Assembly (NCBI GenBank): GCA_040218735.1
Contig: JAVJQW010000057.1
Coordinates: 1-64,000, forward strand
Length of the DNA: 64,000 nt
From: Deltaproteobacteria bacterium
GTDB lineage: Bacteria; Myxococcota; Kuafuiibacteriia; Kuafuiibacteriales; Kuafuiibacteriaceae
Direction: 5' to 3'
Below the pieces are notes generated by a model. That model saw only the letters and a program-made list of their open reading frames with translations. It was not told where the DNA came from and ran no database searches. The position numbers and the translations under genes were made by a program. Position 1 is the first letter of the stretch. Each line of letters begins with the position of its first letter. Of the stretch, positions 38,030 to 48,275 are shown one piece after another.

Positions 38030-38731
38030 GTGGGCACCTTCGATCTCGTCCCCGAGGTGCTCCGCGAGGTGCCGGTGTTCCCGCTCCCCGGGACCGTGCT
38101 GCTCCCGCGCACGATGATCTCGCTGCACGTGTTCGAGCCGCGCTACCGCGCGATGATGGAAGCCTGCATCGAAGGCGCGCGCCTCCTCGCCGTCGCGATG
38201 TTCGACGAGACCGGCTCCCCCGACGAACACGGTCGCCCCGCCATTCACCCCGTCGCCGGCATCGGCGCGCTGCGTCGCTCCGCGAAGCTCCCGGACGGCC
38301 GCTACAACATCGTCCTCGAGGGACTCGCGCGCGTCGACATCAGCGAGGAACACCCGCCCACGAAGACCTTCCGCCGCGCGACCGCGCGCGTGCTCGAAGA
38401 CGTCGTCGATGACGATCCGGCCGCCCTCGCCCGCTCGATCGCATCGCTACGCGCGCTCTGCACGCGCGCACTTTCGAAGAGCGAAGGGGACGACGACGGC
38501 GAGCTCCTCGAAGGGCTCGCGCACGTATCCGAGCCCGGAACGCTCGCCGACCTCGTCGCCGCCGCCGCGGTCCAAGACAGCCTCGATCGCCAGCGCGTCC
38601 TCGCGGAGCCCAACGTCCTCGAACGCGTCAACCTCGTGGCCGGCGCGCTCGGCGCACTCCTCCTCACGAACGACACCCCCGGCGGCGAGCCGGAGGCGTT
38701 CGGCTGGGGCATCACGCCCGGCGAAGCCTGA
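38030..38731 (+). CDS. LON peptidase N-terminal (substrate-binding) domain protein
   Basis: PVFPLPGTVLLP...LHVFEPRYRAM, LPDGRYNIVLEG. Confidence 0.9.
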   Translation: MGTFDLVPEVLREVPVFPLPGTVLLPRTMISLHVFEPRYRAMMEACIEGARLLAVAMFDETGSPDEHGRPAIHPVAGIGALRRSAKLPDGRYNIVLEGLARVDISEEHPPTKTFRRATARVLEDVVDDDPAALARSIASLRALCTRALSKSEGDDDGELLEGLAHVSEPGTLADLVAAAAVQDSLDRQRVLAEPNVLERVNLVAGALGALLLTNDTPGGEPEAFGWGITPGEA

Positions 38732-39044
38732 GCCCGCGCGGCACCTCGGAGCACATCCGCCGTGTACGTGGGGGCTGCCCGCGCGGCCGGATCCCGCGTT
38801 GTCACACAATTTGTGTACTCCGGGTGTATCCCAGAGTTCCGGTCGAAGGACGCGACGTAGGCGAGTGCGAGTTTTCAGGCGACTTCAAGCGATCCCCATC
38901 GTTGGAAGGCCTACCAACGGGTCGTGACTCGTCGGGGCGACCGTGACGTGTGCGCGGGCCCCGCGCGCCTTCCCGTACAGGGGGAACCCAACGATCAATG
39001 CGCGCGCGGTCGGGATCCACCTGTCCGCACGACCAGGGAGGAAC

Positions 39045-41189
39045 ATGACGAAACGAATCACGCACGCCCCTACACGCTCGACCGGCGTGGCGATCGCGAG
39101 CCTCGCGATCGCCGCCGTCGGATGTAAATCCGACGAGCCGAGCGCACCCGCCACCGGTGTCCTGGCCCAAGCGGCCCAGGCCGCCCAAGTCTTTCAGGCC
39201 ATCGCGCCGTGTGACCCCGTGACCATCGACCAATCGATGGTCATCCACGACCAGGCCACGCTGTCGCTCGTCGACTTCAGCTTCCTGCGCACCATCGCGG
39301 CCATTCGCGTGTCGAGCGGAGGCGCCACGACGACGGACGCCGACCTCGCCGAGACGATCACCAGCGGGCTCTTGAACACGACGTTCCCGCAGCCCGTGAG
39401 CGGACTGCCCATCCCCGCGACCCCGCGGCCTCCGGAGGCGGCGCTCACCGGCGCTCAGCTCATCGCGCAGATGCAACCCATCGCGCTCTTCAACCGGTTC
39501 GATCTCGCCCCCGCGAACGGCGATCACTGCGGTGAGTACAGAATCGTCTACGGCCGATATCCGAACGCCGTGACGAACCGCTACCTGCTGATCTTCGAAG
39601 CGGCGCTCCCGAACCCAACGCCGTCCTTGGGCATCGAAGGTTGCCGCGACGTCGCCGAGTTCTGGCACGGCCTCTCCGACACCGCGATGACCACCGCCCA
39701 GCGCGCCGCAGCGCTCGAGGACTTCTATTACAACGGTCTGCCGGGGTTCAGCCCGGTCGTCGACCACGCGCACTACGGCGTTCCGTTCGGTCAGGTGCGC
39801 TCCAACATGTTCGTCAACGCGGCCTCGCAGAACTTCACGTGGCAGCTGCGCGAGTGGCGCTCTTCGTTCAACACCGGCGGCCAGCCCGTGTTCACGCCCG
39901 ACACCGTGAAGGACAACCCACTCGTCGAATTCCACGACGAGAACAGCAGCAACCCGAACCCGACGCTGTTCTCCAGCGAGCAGACCGCGTTCGTCTCCCA
40001 CTACACGGGCGGCGCCATGCCCAACCTCCTCGCCTTCGAGCTCAACGGTGGTACCTCGCCGATCGTCGCGTGCCCCGAGGTGAACACGGTCTCGGCCGGC
40101 TTCGACAACCGCTTCAACGAGTTCCAGAGCCACTCCAACGGCCCCGCCCCCGACGATCCGGTCGCCGCCGCGAGCACCGCGTTCCACGGTTCGATCACCA
40201 CCGTGCTCTCCGGAAACACCGCGTTCGCCGGACTGAATTCGACGCACGTGTTGGCGCGCAGCACCGCGATGAGCTGCGCCGGCTGCCACGAGCTGTCGGT
40301 CGGCGACGCGATCTCCCCCTCCGCGACCTGGCCGGCCGTCGCCGCCGGTGGGTTCGTTCACGTCCGCGAGCTCGGCAGCACGCCGCCCGCCGTCACGCCG
40401 CTGTCGCCGGCGCTCAACAACTGCTTCCTCCCCGCCCGCGCGCAGAACCTCGAGTCGTTCGTTTGTAACGCCCCGCCGCCCGACGCCGGGGTGTCCGACT
40501 CCGGGACGCAGCCCGACTCCGGGACGCCCGACTCCGGGACGCCGTCGTCCTGCGGTGGTCCCTACGACCCGCCGTGCTCTCCGTACGAGTACTGCGAGTT
40601 CGGTCCGTACAACATCTGCGGTGCGCAGGGCTCCGGGACGTGCCAGCCGCGACCGACCGGCTGCGGCTACGGCGGACCTCAGGTCTGCGGCTGCGACGGG
40701 AACACGTACCCGAACGCATGCACCGCGCAGGCGTCCGGCACGGACGTCGCGAGCACCGGCGCGTGCGGCTGCAACCTCACCGCCCCCAACGGGTGCTGCT
40801 ACGACGACGAGGTCTGCGCGAAGACGATCCGCGGCGGCGAGTGCATCGGTGCGGCGTGCAGCAAGGCGCAGCCCGGCGTCTGCAAGGCCCCGCCTCCCGC
40901 TGGATACTGTTGGGAGAACGAGGACTGCGGGTCCGGCCAGATCTGCAGCGGCGCGAGCATCTGCCCGTGCGGCGCGCAGTGCATCAAGGCCGACGCACCG
41001 GGCGTCTGCAAGACGCTGTCGGACACGTCGAAGAGCGAGGTGACGACCGCGAAGGCAGGCTTGCTCTCAGCGACCAACAGCACGGAAGCCGAGCGCGCCA
41101 AGGCCGACTTCGACGAAGCGGTCGAGGCGGCCCGCGAAGCGGAGCGAGCGCAGCCCGGCGCGTTCGTTCCGCAGCGTCGTACGCACTGA
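39045..41189 (+). CDS. Lipoprotein with a CxxCH motif, Kazal-like domain and Cys-rich tail
   Basis: AVGC lipobox; CAGCH at 40275-40289; PDSGT linker; VCGCDGNTYPNAC; GGAGG RBS. Confidence 0.85.
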   Translation: MTKRITHAPTRSTGVAIASLAIAAVGCKSDEPSAPATGVLAQAAQAAQVFQAIAPCDPVTIDQSMVIHDQATLSLVDFSFLRTIAAIRVSSGGATTTDADLAETITSGLLNTTFPQPVSGLPIPATPRPPEAALTGAQLIAQMQPIALFNRFDLAPANGDHCGEYRIVYGRYPNAVTNRYLLIFEAALPNPTPSLGIEGCRDVAEFWHGLSDTAMTTAQRAAALEDFYYNGLPGFSPVVDHAHYGVPFGQVRSNMFVNAASQNFTWQLREWRSSFNTGGQPVFTPDTVKDNPLVEFHDENSSNPNPTLFSSEQTAFVSHYTGGAMPNLLAFELNGGTSPIVACPEVNTVSAGFDNRFNEFQSHSNGPAPDDPVAAASTAFHGSITTVLSGNTAFAGLNSTHVLARSTAMSCAGCHELSVGDAISPSATWPAVAAGGFVHVRELGSTPPAVTPLSPALNNCFLPARAQNLESFVCNAPPPDAGVSDSGTQPDSGTPDSGTPSSCGGPYDPPCSPYEYCEFGPYNICGAQGSGTCQPRPTGCGYGGPQVCGCDGNTYPNACTAQASGTDVASTGACGCNLTAPNGCCYDDEVCAKTIRGGECIGAACSKAQPGVCKAPPPAGYCWENEDCGSGQICSGASICPCGAQCIKADAPGVCKTLSDTSKSEVTTAKAGLLSATNSTEAERAKADFDEAVEAAREAERAQPGAFVPQRRTH

Positions 41190-41200
41190 GATCGTGCTCC

Positions 41201-41227
41201 GCCTCCGCGCGCTTGGCGCGCGGGGGC
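41201..41227. terminator. GC-rich hairpin between convergent genes
   Basis: GCCTCCGCGCGC-TTG-GCGCGCGGGGGC stem-loop; no U-tract. Confidence 0.45.
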
Positions 41228-41234
41228 GCCCTCC

Positions 41235-42029
41235 TCAGCGGACGAGGCCCTCGAGCACGGCCTTCACGCGCTCCGGCTCGAACGGTTTGTCGCAGATGTC
41301 CGAGACCCCCGCGTCGCGCACGGCGGCGAGGCGCACCGCGTCGCGCTCGCTGGTCACCATCATCACCGGGATGCTGCGCTGACTGCTCTCGTTGCGGATG
41401 TGCTCGAGGAGGCCCTGCCCGTCGAGGTTGGGCATGTTGTAGTCGGTGATCACCACGTCGAAGAACGCGCTCGAGAGGTGCTCAACCGCCTCGCGGCCGT
41501 CCTGCGCCTCCGTGATGTGGCAGACGCCGAGCCCCGCGAGGACCTTCGCCATGTAGCGCCGCGCGGCGGCGCTGTCGTCGACGAGCAGGACGTGCATCGA
41601 CTCGAGATCGGGCAGCTGCGGCTCCACGGTGGGATCGAGGATCTCCATGACGCGCACCAGGGCCCGCTCGAAATCCGAAGGCGCACAGGGCTTCGAGAGC
41701 ATCGCGGTCACGCCGCACTGGCGCACCGGCTCGAGCAAACGCACGTCGCGCTCGCTCGAGAGGAGCACGAAGGGGACGTCGCGATAGCGCTCGTCCTGCC
41801 GCATGCGAACGACGAGATCCGCACCCGACTCGCCCTCCATGTGTAAGGCCGAGACCACGAGGTCCGCGCCGCGATCCGCGAGCTCTCGCATCGCAGCCTC
41901 GCAGCCGTCCGCCGCCTGGACGTTCCACACACCGAGACCTCCGAGCTGCTCGACGAGAATCCGCTGCTGGACGTGAGAGGGCTCCACCAGCAGCACTCGG
42001 AGGTCCGAGAAGTTCATGTTTCGTCCCAT
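41235..42029 (-). CDS. Response regulator with two receiver domains
   Basis: VLLVEPS/LSKP (degenerate) and VLLVDD, ITDYNMP, DKPF (canonical). Confidence 0.88.
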   Translation of the reverse strand: MGRNMNFSDLRVLLVEPSHVQQRILVEQLGGLGVWNVQAADGCEAAMRELADRGADLVVSALHMEGESGADLVVRMRQDERYRDVPFVLLSSERDVRLLEPVRQCGVTAMLSKPCAPSDFERALVRVMEILDPTVEPQLPDLESMHVLLVDDSAAARRYMAKVLAGLGVCHITEAQDGREAVEHLSSAFFDVVITDYNMPNLDGQGLLEHIRNESSQRSIPVMMVTSERDAVRLAAVRDAGVSDICDKPFEPERVKAVLEGLVR

Positions 42030-42163
42030 CGGACGCAGGACGTGCGTACCTAAGCCCCGACCGGAGAAAAGGTAGCGGGTTGTCCCATTTCGGACGTTCC
42101 GAAAACGAACACCGGCCCAGGAGAATACTCCCGAAACCACCGACACCTCCGAAGGGAGGTGAT

Positions 42164-43543
42164 GTGCAGCTTCGCGAACCCACGGAGAGCTTCGTTCCGC
42201 CCGCCACGACGGACCTCGGCACCGCCGACCTCGCCGCGCCCATCTCGGACGATCGCCGCGGCGCCATCGCCGGTGTCTGTCTTCACGCTGTGCTCGCCAC
42301 CGCGGCGGGTCCCTACATCGATCCACAGAAGCTGAGCGCGTTCATCGACGGGCGCCTCGACCAGCTCTACGACGGACGCCACTTCGACTTCGCACCGGTG
42401 CTCCGCGCTCTGCTGAAGATCGAAGGGGTCAGCGAGCACGACCTCTACGTCGGCATCGTGAACCTGATCGGTCAGCTCTCCGCGATGGACGTCATCATGG
42501 AAGAGCCGCGCATGTCGCTCGACGCGGCGACCCGGCGCCGTCTCCTCGACATGGCGCGCGCCGCGACCGAAACCGCGCGCGCGACGTTCGAGCGTCGGAG
42601 GCTCCGCGCCGCCGTCGCCAAGTTGGATCGGAAACGCCTCGGCGACCTCCTCGTCGAAGCGCAGCTGATCGGCACCAACCAACTCGTCGCGGCGCTCGCC
42701 GCGCAGGAGCAACACGGAGGTCGCCTCGGAACGAACCTCATCGAGATGGGCTTCGTCGAGCCGTCGGACCTCGCGCACTTCCTGAGCAGCCAACTCGAGC
42801 TCCCGTGTGTCACGGCCATCGGCCAGATCGAACGCGACGTGCTCGACCTCGTGCCCCCCGAGCTCGCCGCTCGCCACAAGGTGTTCCCGATCGAGCTGAA
42901 GGACGACGCCATCGTCCTCGCGATGGCGGACCCGGCGAACCTCGCCGCCATCGAAGACGTCGAGCGACTCAGCGGACGCGTCGTACGACCGAGCGTGGCA
43001 CCCGAGCTCGTCATCACCTACGCGCTCGCCCGCTACTATCAGCACCGGCAGCCGACGCGCATTCGCGTCCACGCCGTCGCGCCGCGCATCCCCGCGACGC
43101 GCTCGGCGACGGCGTACGGGCTCCACGAGCTGGCCGGCGACTTCGCACGCGCGGACGATCACCTCGACATCCTCGCGATGGCGCAGCGGTACATGATGGA
43201 GCGCTACGCGGCCTCCGCCGTCTTCGACGTCGCGGACGGCGTCGTGCACGGCTTCTCCGCGGCGGGCGTGGAAGGCGCCAACGACATCCGGAGCCGCTTC
43301 GTCGCCAGCGATGGGGAGCTCCCCGAAGACGAGTGGTTCGTCGAGACACTCGGCCTGGACGAAGCGCCGGTGCACGTCATCGGGATCCGATCGGACGAAG
43401 ACGACCTGGTCGCGATCCTCGTCGGCGCACACCCGAACGCGACCATCCCCAGCGTGGAGCTTCATCGACTCGCCGCACTCACCGCGAGCGCGCTGCGCAT
43501 GGTCGAGCTCCGCGAAGCGATATTGATGGTCGCCGACAGCTGA
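42164..43543 (+). CDS. MshEN/GspE N-terminal domain protein without an ATPase domain
   Basis: RLGDLLVEAQLI...AL..Q...GRLGTNLIEMG; LAMADP; GGGAGG RBS before GTG 42164. Confidence 0.82.
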   Translation: MQLREPTESFVPPATTDLGTADLAAPISDDRRGAIAGVCLHAVLATAAGPYIDPQKLSAFIDGRLDQLYDGRHFDFAPVLRALLKIEGVSEHDLYVGIVNLIGQLSAMDVIMEEPRMSLDAATRRRLLDMARAATETARATFERRRLRAAVAKLDRKRLGDLLVEAQLIGTNQLVAALAAQEQHGGRLGTNLIEMGFVEPSDLAHFLSSQLELPCVTAIGQIERDVLDLVPPELAARHKVFPIELKDDAIVLAMADPANLAAIEDVERLSGRVVRPSVAPELVITYALARYYQHRQPTRIRVHAVAPRIPATRSATAYGLHELAGDFARADDHLDILAMAQRYMMERYAASAVFDVADGVVHGFSAAGVEGANDIRSRFVASDGELPEDEWFVETLGLDEAPVHVIGIRSDEDDLVAILVGAHPNATIPSVELHRLAALTASALRMVELREAILMVADS

Positions 43544-43565
43544 ACGCGCTAACGCTGAGCCCGCG

Positions 43566-44477
43566 GTGAAAGCGGACTGGCCCGAGCTCTCCGACCTGAT
43601 CCTCGACACCGACCCGAGCACACTCGAGCGTCGCCCGGTCGAACGCGCCCACGTCGAGTCGGTCCTCGCCACCCACGGCATGGGGAGCGCCCGCCGCGTC
43701 CTCGACCGCATCGGCGGCGGCGACACCCTCGACCCCGCCGAGGTCGATCAGATCCTCGTCCGCTCCCACGCCGAGCTGCAGCGACTCGCGTTCGAGTTCC
43801 GCAACGGCCACCGGCTGCTCATGCTCATGCGACCGCTGCTGGACGTCCTCGCGCAGACGACCGAGCACCTGCGCGTCGTCGACATCGGCTGCGGGATGGG
43901 CTTCCTGCTCCGGTGGGTCGCAGCGCACGGGCGCCTCGGGCCGAACGTGGAGCTCGTCGGCTGTGACTTCAATCCGACGCTCATCCGCGCCGCGCAGGCG
44001 CTCGCCGAAGAGGAGCGATTGGCGTGTGAGTTCCGCGTCGCGAACGCCTTCACGCTGGAGCGCTCCGCGGACATCTACATCTCGAGCGGCGTCCTCCACC
44101 ACTTCCGCGGCGAAGACCTCGATCGGTTCTTTGCCATGCAGGCCAAGGCCGGCGCGCGCGCGATGCTCCACCTCGACATCAAGGCGTCGTGGGCCGCGCC
44201 CATCGGCGCGTGGATCTTTCACCGCGCGCGAATGCGCGAGCCGCTCGCCCAACACGACGGCGTGCTCTCCGCGGTGCGCGCCCACCCCCGCGACGCGCTG
44301 CTCACCGCCTCGAGGAACGCCGGGCGACCGCTGCGTTACACATTGTTCGACGGGCGCCCTTCGCCGCTCCCCATCCTCCGAACGCTGAACGTCGTCGTGG
44401 GGATCGCACCCGAGCTCGAGGGCCCGTACGTCGAGGCGCTCGGTCCGCTCGCGAAGCGACTGGAGGCGTTCGGATGA
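43566..44477 (+). CDS. Class I SAM-dependent methyltransferase
   Basis: VVDIGCGMG, LVGCD, SSGVLHHF, HDGVLS. Confidence 0.85.
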   Translation: MKADWPELSDLILDTDPSTLERRPVERAHVESVLATHGMGSARRVLDRIGGGDTLDPAEVDQILVRSHAELQRLAFEFRNGHRLLMLMRPLLDVLAQTTEHLRVVDIGCGMGFLLRWVAAHGRLGPNVELVGCDFNPTLIRAAQALAEEERLACEFRVANAFTLERSADIYISSGVLHHFRGEDLDRFFAMQAKAGARAMLHLDIKASWAAPIGAWIFHRARMREPLAQHDGVLSAVRAHPRDALLTASRNAGRPLRYTLFDGRPSPLPILRTLNVVVGIAPELEGPYVEALGPLAKRLEAFG

Positions 44478-44986
44478 TCCTCGTCCTCCTCGGCGTGCTC
44501 GCGCTGGTCGACGGCGCCTTCTGCGGCTTCCGCGCGTCGGCCGGCCGCAACCCGCGCATCTTCCTGTGGCCCTACTACGCGACCGCGATGCGCCGCGGGC
44601 TCGCGTTCGCCGCCGTCTTCGTCGTCGTGTTCCTCGGCGCAGGGCTCGCGGTTCGGTTCGGCGTCTCGCAGGCGACGTGGAACGCGCTCGAGATCGCCGC
44701 GTCCTCGATGGTGCAAGTGTACGGCGTCTACGCGACGCTCGTCCTCGCGGCGCTCGCGCTCTACGGCTTCGGTGCGTTCGACCTCTCGGTGCTCGCGACC
44801 GTCATCGTGCTCGGGCCCTTTACGCTCATTCGCCCGCTCGTGATCCTCGGCGGCGCGATCTACGGCGCATCACGAACGGACGACCCGATCGTGTGGCTCT
44901 TCGCGATCGCGGCGGCGTTCGTGATGATGTCGTTCGAACGCATCATCGCGCTGGGGCGCCCGCCCTGGCACGACACGATGCCCTGA
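44474..44986 (+). CDS. Membrane protein of unknown function
   Basis: ATGA overlap with the methyltransferase stop; several TM segments. Confidence 0.75.
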   Translation: MILVLLGVLALVDGAFCGFRASAGRNPRIFLWPYYATAMRRGLAFAAVFVVVFLGAGLAVRFGVSQATWNALEIAASSMVQVYGVYATLVLAALALYGFGAFDLSVLATVIVLGPFTLIRPLVILGGAIYGASRTDDPIVWLFAIAAAFVMMSFERIIALGRPPWHDTMP

Positions 44987-44988
44987 GC

Positions 44989-46422
44989 TCACCGTCGCCA
45001 CTGTCGAGGCAGCGGTCGCTCCTCCACCTCGAGCGCGGTCGTCGTCGAGGTCGTGACGTTCAGCCAGGGCCGCGTCGCCCAGGCGTTGCTCGCGTGCTCC
45101 TCCACGAAGCGCACGCGCGCGCCTTCGTCGACGACGAGGGTCGCCGTCGGCTCCAGCCGGCGTCGCCCCAGGTGAAGCGCCGGCAACACCGCGACGCGCC
45201 GGGTGCGCACTTCGAACTCGATCGGCTCGGGCAGCGTCACGGACACGCGGCCGACGTGCACGGCGTTCAGTCGGTAGTGCCCCGGCTCGACGAGCATCGG
45301 GCCCGTCTGCACGTGGTGGTACTTCACATCGAACCCGAACTGCGTCTCGGTCAGCTCCACGGTGACCGGCTCGACGGGGACGGAGGTCGTGGAGCTGTCG
45401 ACGCGGAGCACCACGAGCCCATCGCCGGGCGAGTGGCGCGTCGAACGCGGCGACGCTTCGCCGCGGCGCCCTCCGGTTCCGAGCGTCCACACCGAGTCCT
45501 CACGCGCCACCTCGGGTGGCGCTTCGAACTGGGCGTCGCGAAAGCCCCCCCTGGCGTGGATCGCCACGAGGAATCGTCCGTCCGCGCGTGCGCCGGAGCC
45601 GACGCCGCCGTGCGCCACGGGGACCTCGTAGCCCGCAGTCAGCCCGAGCGCTTCGTACCAGTCGTGGTCTGCGTTCTCGCCGCGTCGGTATGTCGTGATC
45701 GTCGCGCCGAACACAGCGACCATCTGACGGCTCGCACCCGCGTAGGAGATCGTGCTGCGCACCGAGCTCTCCACCGTCGGCACCACGTGAAGTGCGCGGT
45801 CCGGCGACACCGCGAAGAGCTCGACCGGCGCCGCGACGAGCGCGTCGCCCCACAGCGCGCCGTCGACCGGGTTGACGTTCACCGGGTCGACGTAGGTCCA
45901 CGCTTCACCGCCCAAGGACGCCGTCCAGAGCAGCGGCCCGACGTCACCGCGGGCCGCGATCCCCGCGGTCGCGCCGTACGTGCTCGGCGCGTAGAGCGAC
46001 AGGTCGTGATCGAAGGCCAGCGCAACGCGCGACCCATCGCCGGACGTGTTCGCACGTACCCCGGCGAGCCACCCGAACGTGAAGTGCTCGCTGTCGTAGA
46101 GGACCCCCTGCGTCTCGAGCCCAACCGCGTCGAGCCCCGTGCCGAACAGCTCGTGCTCGGACCCGATCGTGAAGCCGAGCACCAGCTCGACGAACAGGAG
46201 ATCGAAGCGATATTCGCCGAGCATCGCGGTCGGCCCCTCGACCCCGATGTTCCGCCCGAAGCCGAGCCGCATCCCGACCTCGGGTGCGAGGACACGCGCG
46301 TGCAGCGGGGCGACGAGGCCGATGCGATCGAAGTTGCGTCCCTCGGTCTTCCGCGTGAAGGACGGCTCCGCCGAGACCGTCGCGGTCTGGGCGCAGAGCA
46401 AGGCGGCGACGAGCGCCTCCAT
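44989..46422 (-). CDS. Exported beta-rich hypothetical protein
   Basis: Short signal-like N-terminus; alternating beta pattern; coupled to the upstream gene. Confidence 0.6.
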   Translation of the reverse strand: MEALVAALLCAQTATVSAEPSFTRKTEGRNFDRIGLVAPLHARVLAPEVGMRLGFGRNIGVEGPTAMLGEYRFDLLFVELVLGFTIGSEHELFGTGLDAVGLETQGVLYDSEHFTFGWLAGVRANTSGDGSRVALAFDHDLSLYAPSTYGATAGIAARGDVGPLLWTASLGGEAWTYVDPVNVNPVDGALWGDALVAAPVELFAVSPDRALHVVPTVESSVRSTISYAGASRQMVAVFGATITTYRRGENADHDWYEALGLTAGYEVPVAHGGVGSGARADGRFLVAIHARGGFRDAQFEAPPEVAREDSVWTLGTGGRRGEASPRSTRHSPGDGLVVLRVDSSTTSVPVEPVTVELTETQFGFDVKYHHVQTGPMLVEPGHYRLNAVHVGRVSVTLPEPIEFEVRTRRVAVLPALHLGRRRLEPTATLVVDEGARVRFVEEHASNAWATRPWLNVTTSTTTALEVEERPLPRQWRR

Positions 46423-47474
46423 CAAAACTCCATGATCGCCGACGCGCGGTCCGTCGCGAGGTCGTAACGAATGTACGGTTGATCGTCACGGTCCGAGCGC
46501 CAGACCACGTGACCACCGTCGGTGACGAAGCCGCCGAGCATCTCCGACTCGAGCTCGGTGCGCCGCTCACCGGTGCGGAGGTGTGTCGCGCTCAGCTTGT
46601 CGTCGTCCGCGACGACGAGCCACCCCGCTTCGACTTCGAACTGCGCGTCGACGGGGAGCACCGCCGTGGGTTCCTCCGAGGTCAGCGCGGTCGTCGCGGA
46701 CGTGACGAAGACCTCCTGGCGATCGGTGTAGTAGTACGCCCAGCCGAGGTTGTCGCCCTGCGGCGACGGGTGAAAGATCGCCGCCGTGCCGGACCACACC
46801 CGGGACACGCTGCGGTCCACGGTGTCGACGACCATCAGGTCGGAGGGGCACAAGACGTCGAGGCCGAGCGGCTCGCCCTCCGTCCAACAATTACGCGGTG
46901 AGCGCATCACATCGACGAAGAGCACCCGTGTGCCGTCGGTCGCGAGGGAGCGGAAGAACCGTCCGCGGGCGGCGACGGTGGAGCGGGTCGTCAGGCGGAC
47001 CTCCTCCTGAGCATCGAGGTCGTAGCCGTACAGGTCGACGGCACAGTCCGGGTCCTGATCGGAGCCGAAGCACGCACCGTCGGAGTCGTGGCGCCGGTCG
47101 AGCCATACGAGCATGCGACCGGCGACCTCCAGGTCGCTGCGCGGTTGGGCGTCGTCGAGGAGCGTCGTCGCTTCACCCGAGTCCGGGTCGACCGCGACCA
47201 GCGCCGAACAATCCGTCGGGCAGTCCCGCCGCACGAGCGCCCACACGCCGTCCGCGTTGGCGATCCAGTCCCTGCCCGGCAGCGGCACCCGTCGGCATTC
47301 CCACGGCTGATGGAAGCTCGGCGTGCCGATGAAGGCATCGGTCGACTCGGTGCAGAGCGCGAGCTCCTCGCCCCGCCGCATCTGCATGGTCGCATCGCGA
47401 TAGCGGAAGGAGCCTCCGTTGACCCCGCACGCGGCGACGCAGGCGAGCAGCGGGAGCCATGCACGTGCGCTCAC
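46422..47474 (-). CDS. Lipoprotein with beta-propeller-like repeats
   Basis: CVAAC lipobox; LVWLDRR, DLYGYDL, IRYDLAT. Confidence 0.7.
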   Translation of the reverse strand: MSARAWLPLLACVAACGVNGGSFRYRDATMQMRRGEELALCTESTDAFIGTPSFHQPWECRRVPLPGRDWIANADGVWALVRRDCPTDCSALVAVDPDSGEATTLLDDAQPRSDLEVAGRMLVWLDRRHDSDGACFGSDQDPDCAVDLYGYDLDAQEEVRLTTRSTVAARGRFFRSLATDGTRVLFVDVMRSPRNCWTEGEPLGLDVLCPSDLMVVDTVDRSVSRVWSGTAAIFHPSPQGDNLGWAYYYTDRQEVFVTSATTALTSEEPTAVLPVDAQFEVEAGWLVVADDDKLSATHLRTGERRTELESEMLGGFVTDGGHVVWRSDRDDQPYIRYDLATDRASAIMEF

Positions 47475-47523
47475 GCTTCATGAGTGCCGCGTCGGACCCG
47501 GTTTTATCCAGGAAAGTTTCGAG

Positions 47524-48162
47524 TCAGCGCAGCAGGTGCCCGAGTCGGGCGCGCTTCGCGTCGAGGTAGCCCTTCGCGTGTTCGTTGACCTCGACCACGA
47601 CGGGCTCGCGGCGCACGACCTCGATGCCGTGGTCCTCGAGCCCCTTCACCTTGTCCGGGTTGTTGGTCATCAGCGCGACGCTCTCGACGCCGAGGTCCGC
47701 GAACATCGCGGCGGCGATGTCGTAGGTTCGAAGGTCCGTCTCGAAGCCGAGCTGGTGGTTGGCGTCGACGGTGTCCGCGCCCTGCTCCTGCAGCGCGTAC
47801 GCGCGGATCTTGTTGCCCAGGCCGATACCCCGGCCCTCTTGCCGCAGGTAGACCAGGATGCCCGCGCCGGCCGCCTGGATGCGGTCGAGCGCGAAGTGGA
47901 GCTGATCGTCGCAGTCACACTTGAGCGAGCCGAAGACCTCGGAGGTCACACACTCGCTGTGCACCCGCGTGAGGACGTCGCGGGGCCCCGGGTCGCCGAA
48001 GACCAGCGCCACGTGCTCCATGCGTTCGTCCACCTCGCCATCGACCGACTCGCGGTACACGACGAAGCGCGCCTCGCCGTGGTGGGTGGGCACGTTCGCC
48101 TCCGCGAAACGTACCACTGTGCGCCCGGCGGGAGCGGCGGCCCTTTTGGATGGCAGGATCAT
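47524..48162 (-). CDS. ribA: GTP cyclohydrolase II
   Basis: RVHSECVTSEVFGSLKCDC, YLRQEGRGIGL, LMTNNPDK; start may be further upstream (48213). Confidence 0.95.
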   Translation of the reverse strand: MILPSKRAAAPAGRTVVRFAEANVPTHHGEARFVVYRESVDGEVDERMEHVALVFGDPGPRDVLTRVHSECVTSEVFGSLKCDCDDQLHFALDRIQAAGAGILVYLRQEGRGIGLGNKIRAYALQEQGADTVDANHQLGFETDLRTYDIAAAMFADLGVESVALMTNNPDKVKGLEDHGIEVVRREPVVVEVNEHAKGYLDAKRARLGHLLR

Positions 48163-48275
48163 GGGACGGCGGAGTTGGGTAGGAGCGGCTGCTCTCGTTA
48201 GTGACGCTGTCAAGGGTACTCCAGGTTGTCAACGACGCTTGACCGCGGGGCCTACGACGAGGTTGTTCGAATCGC

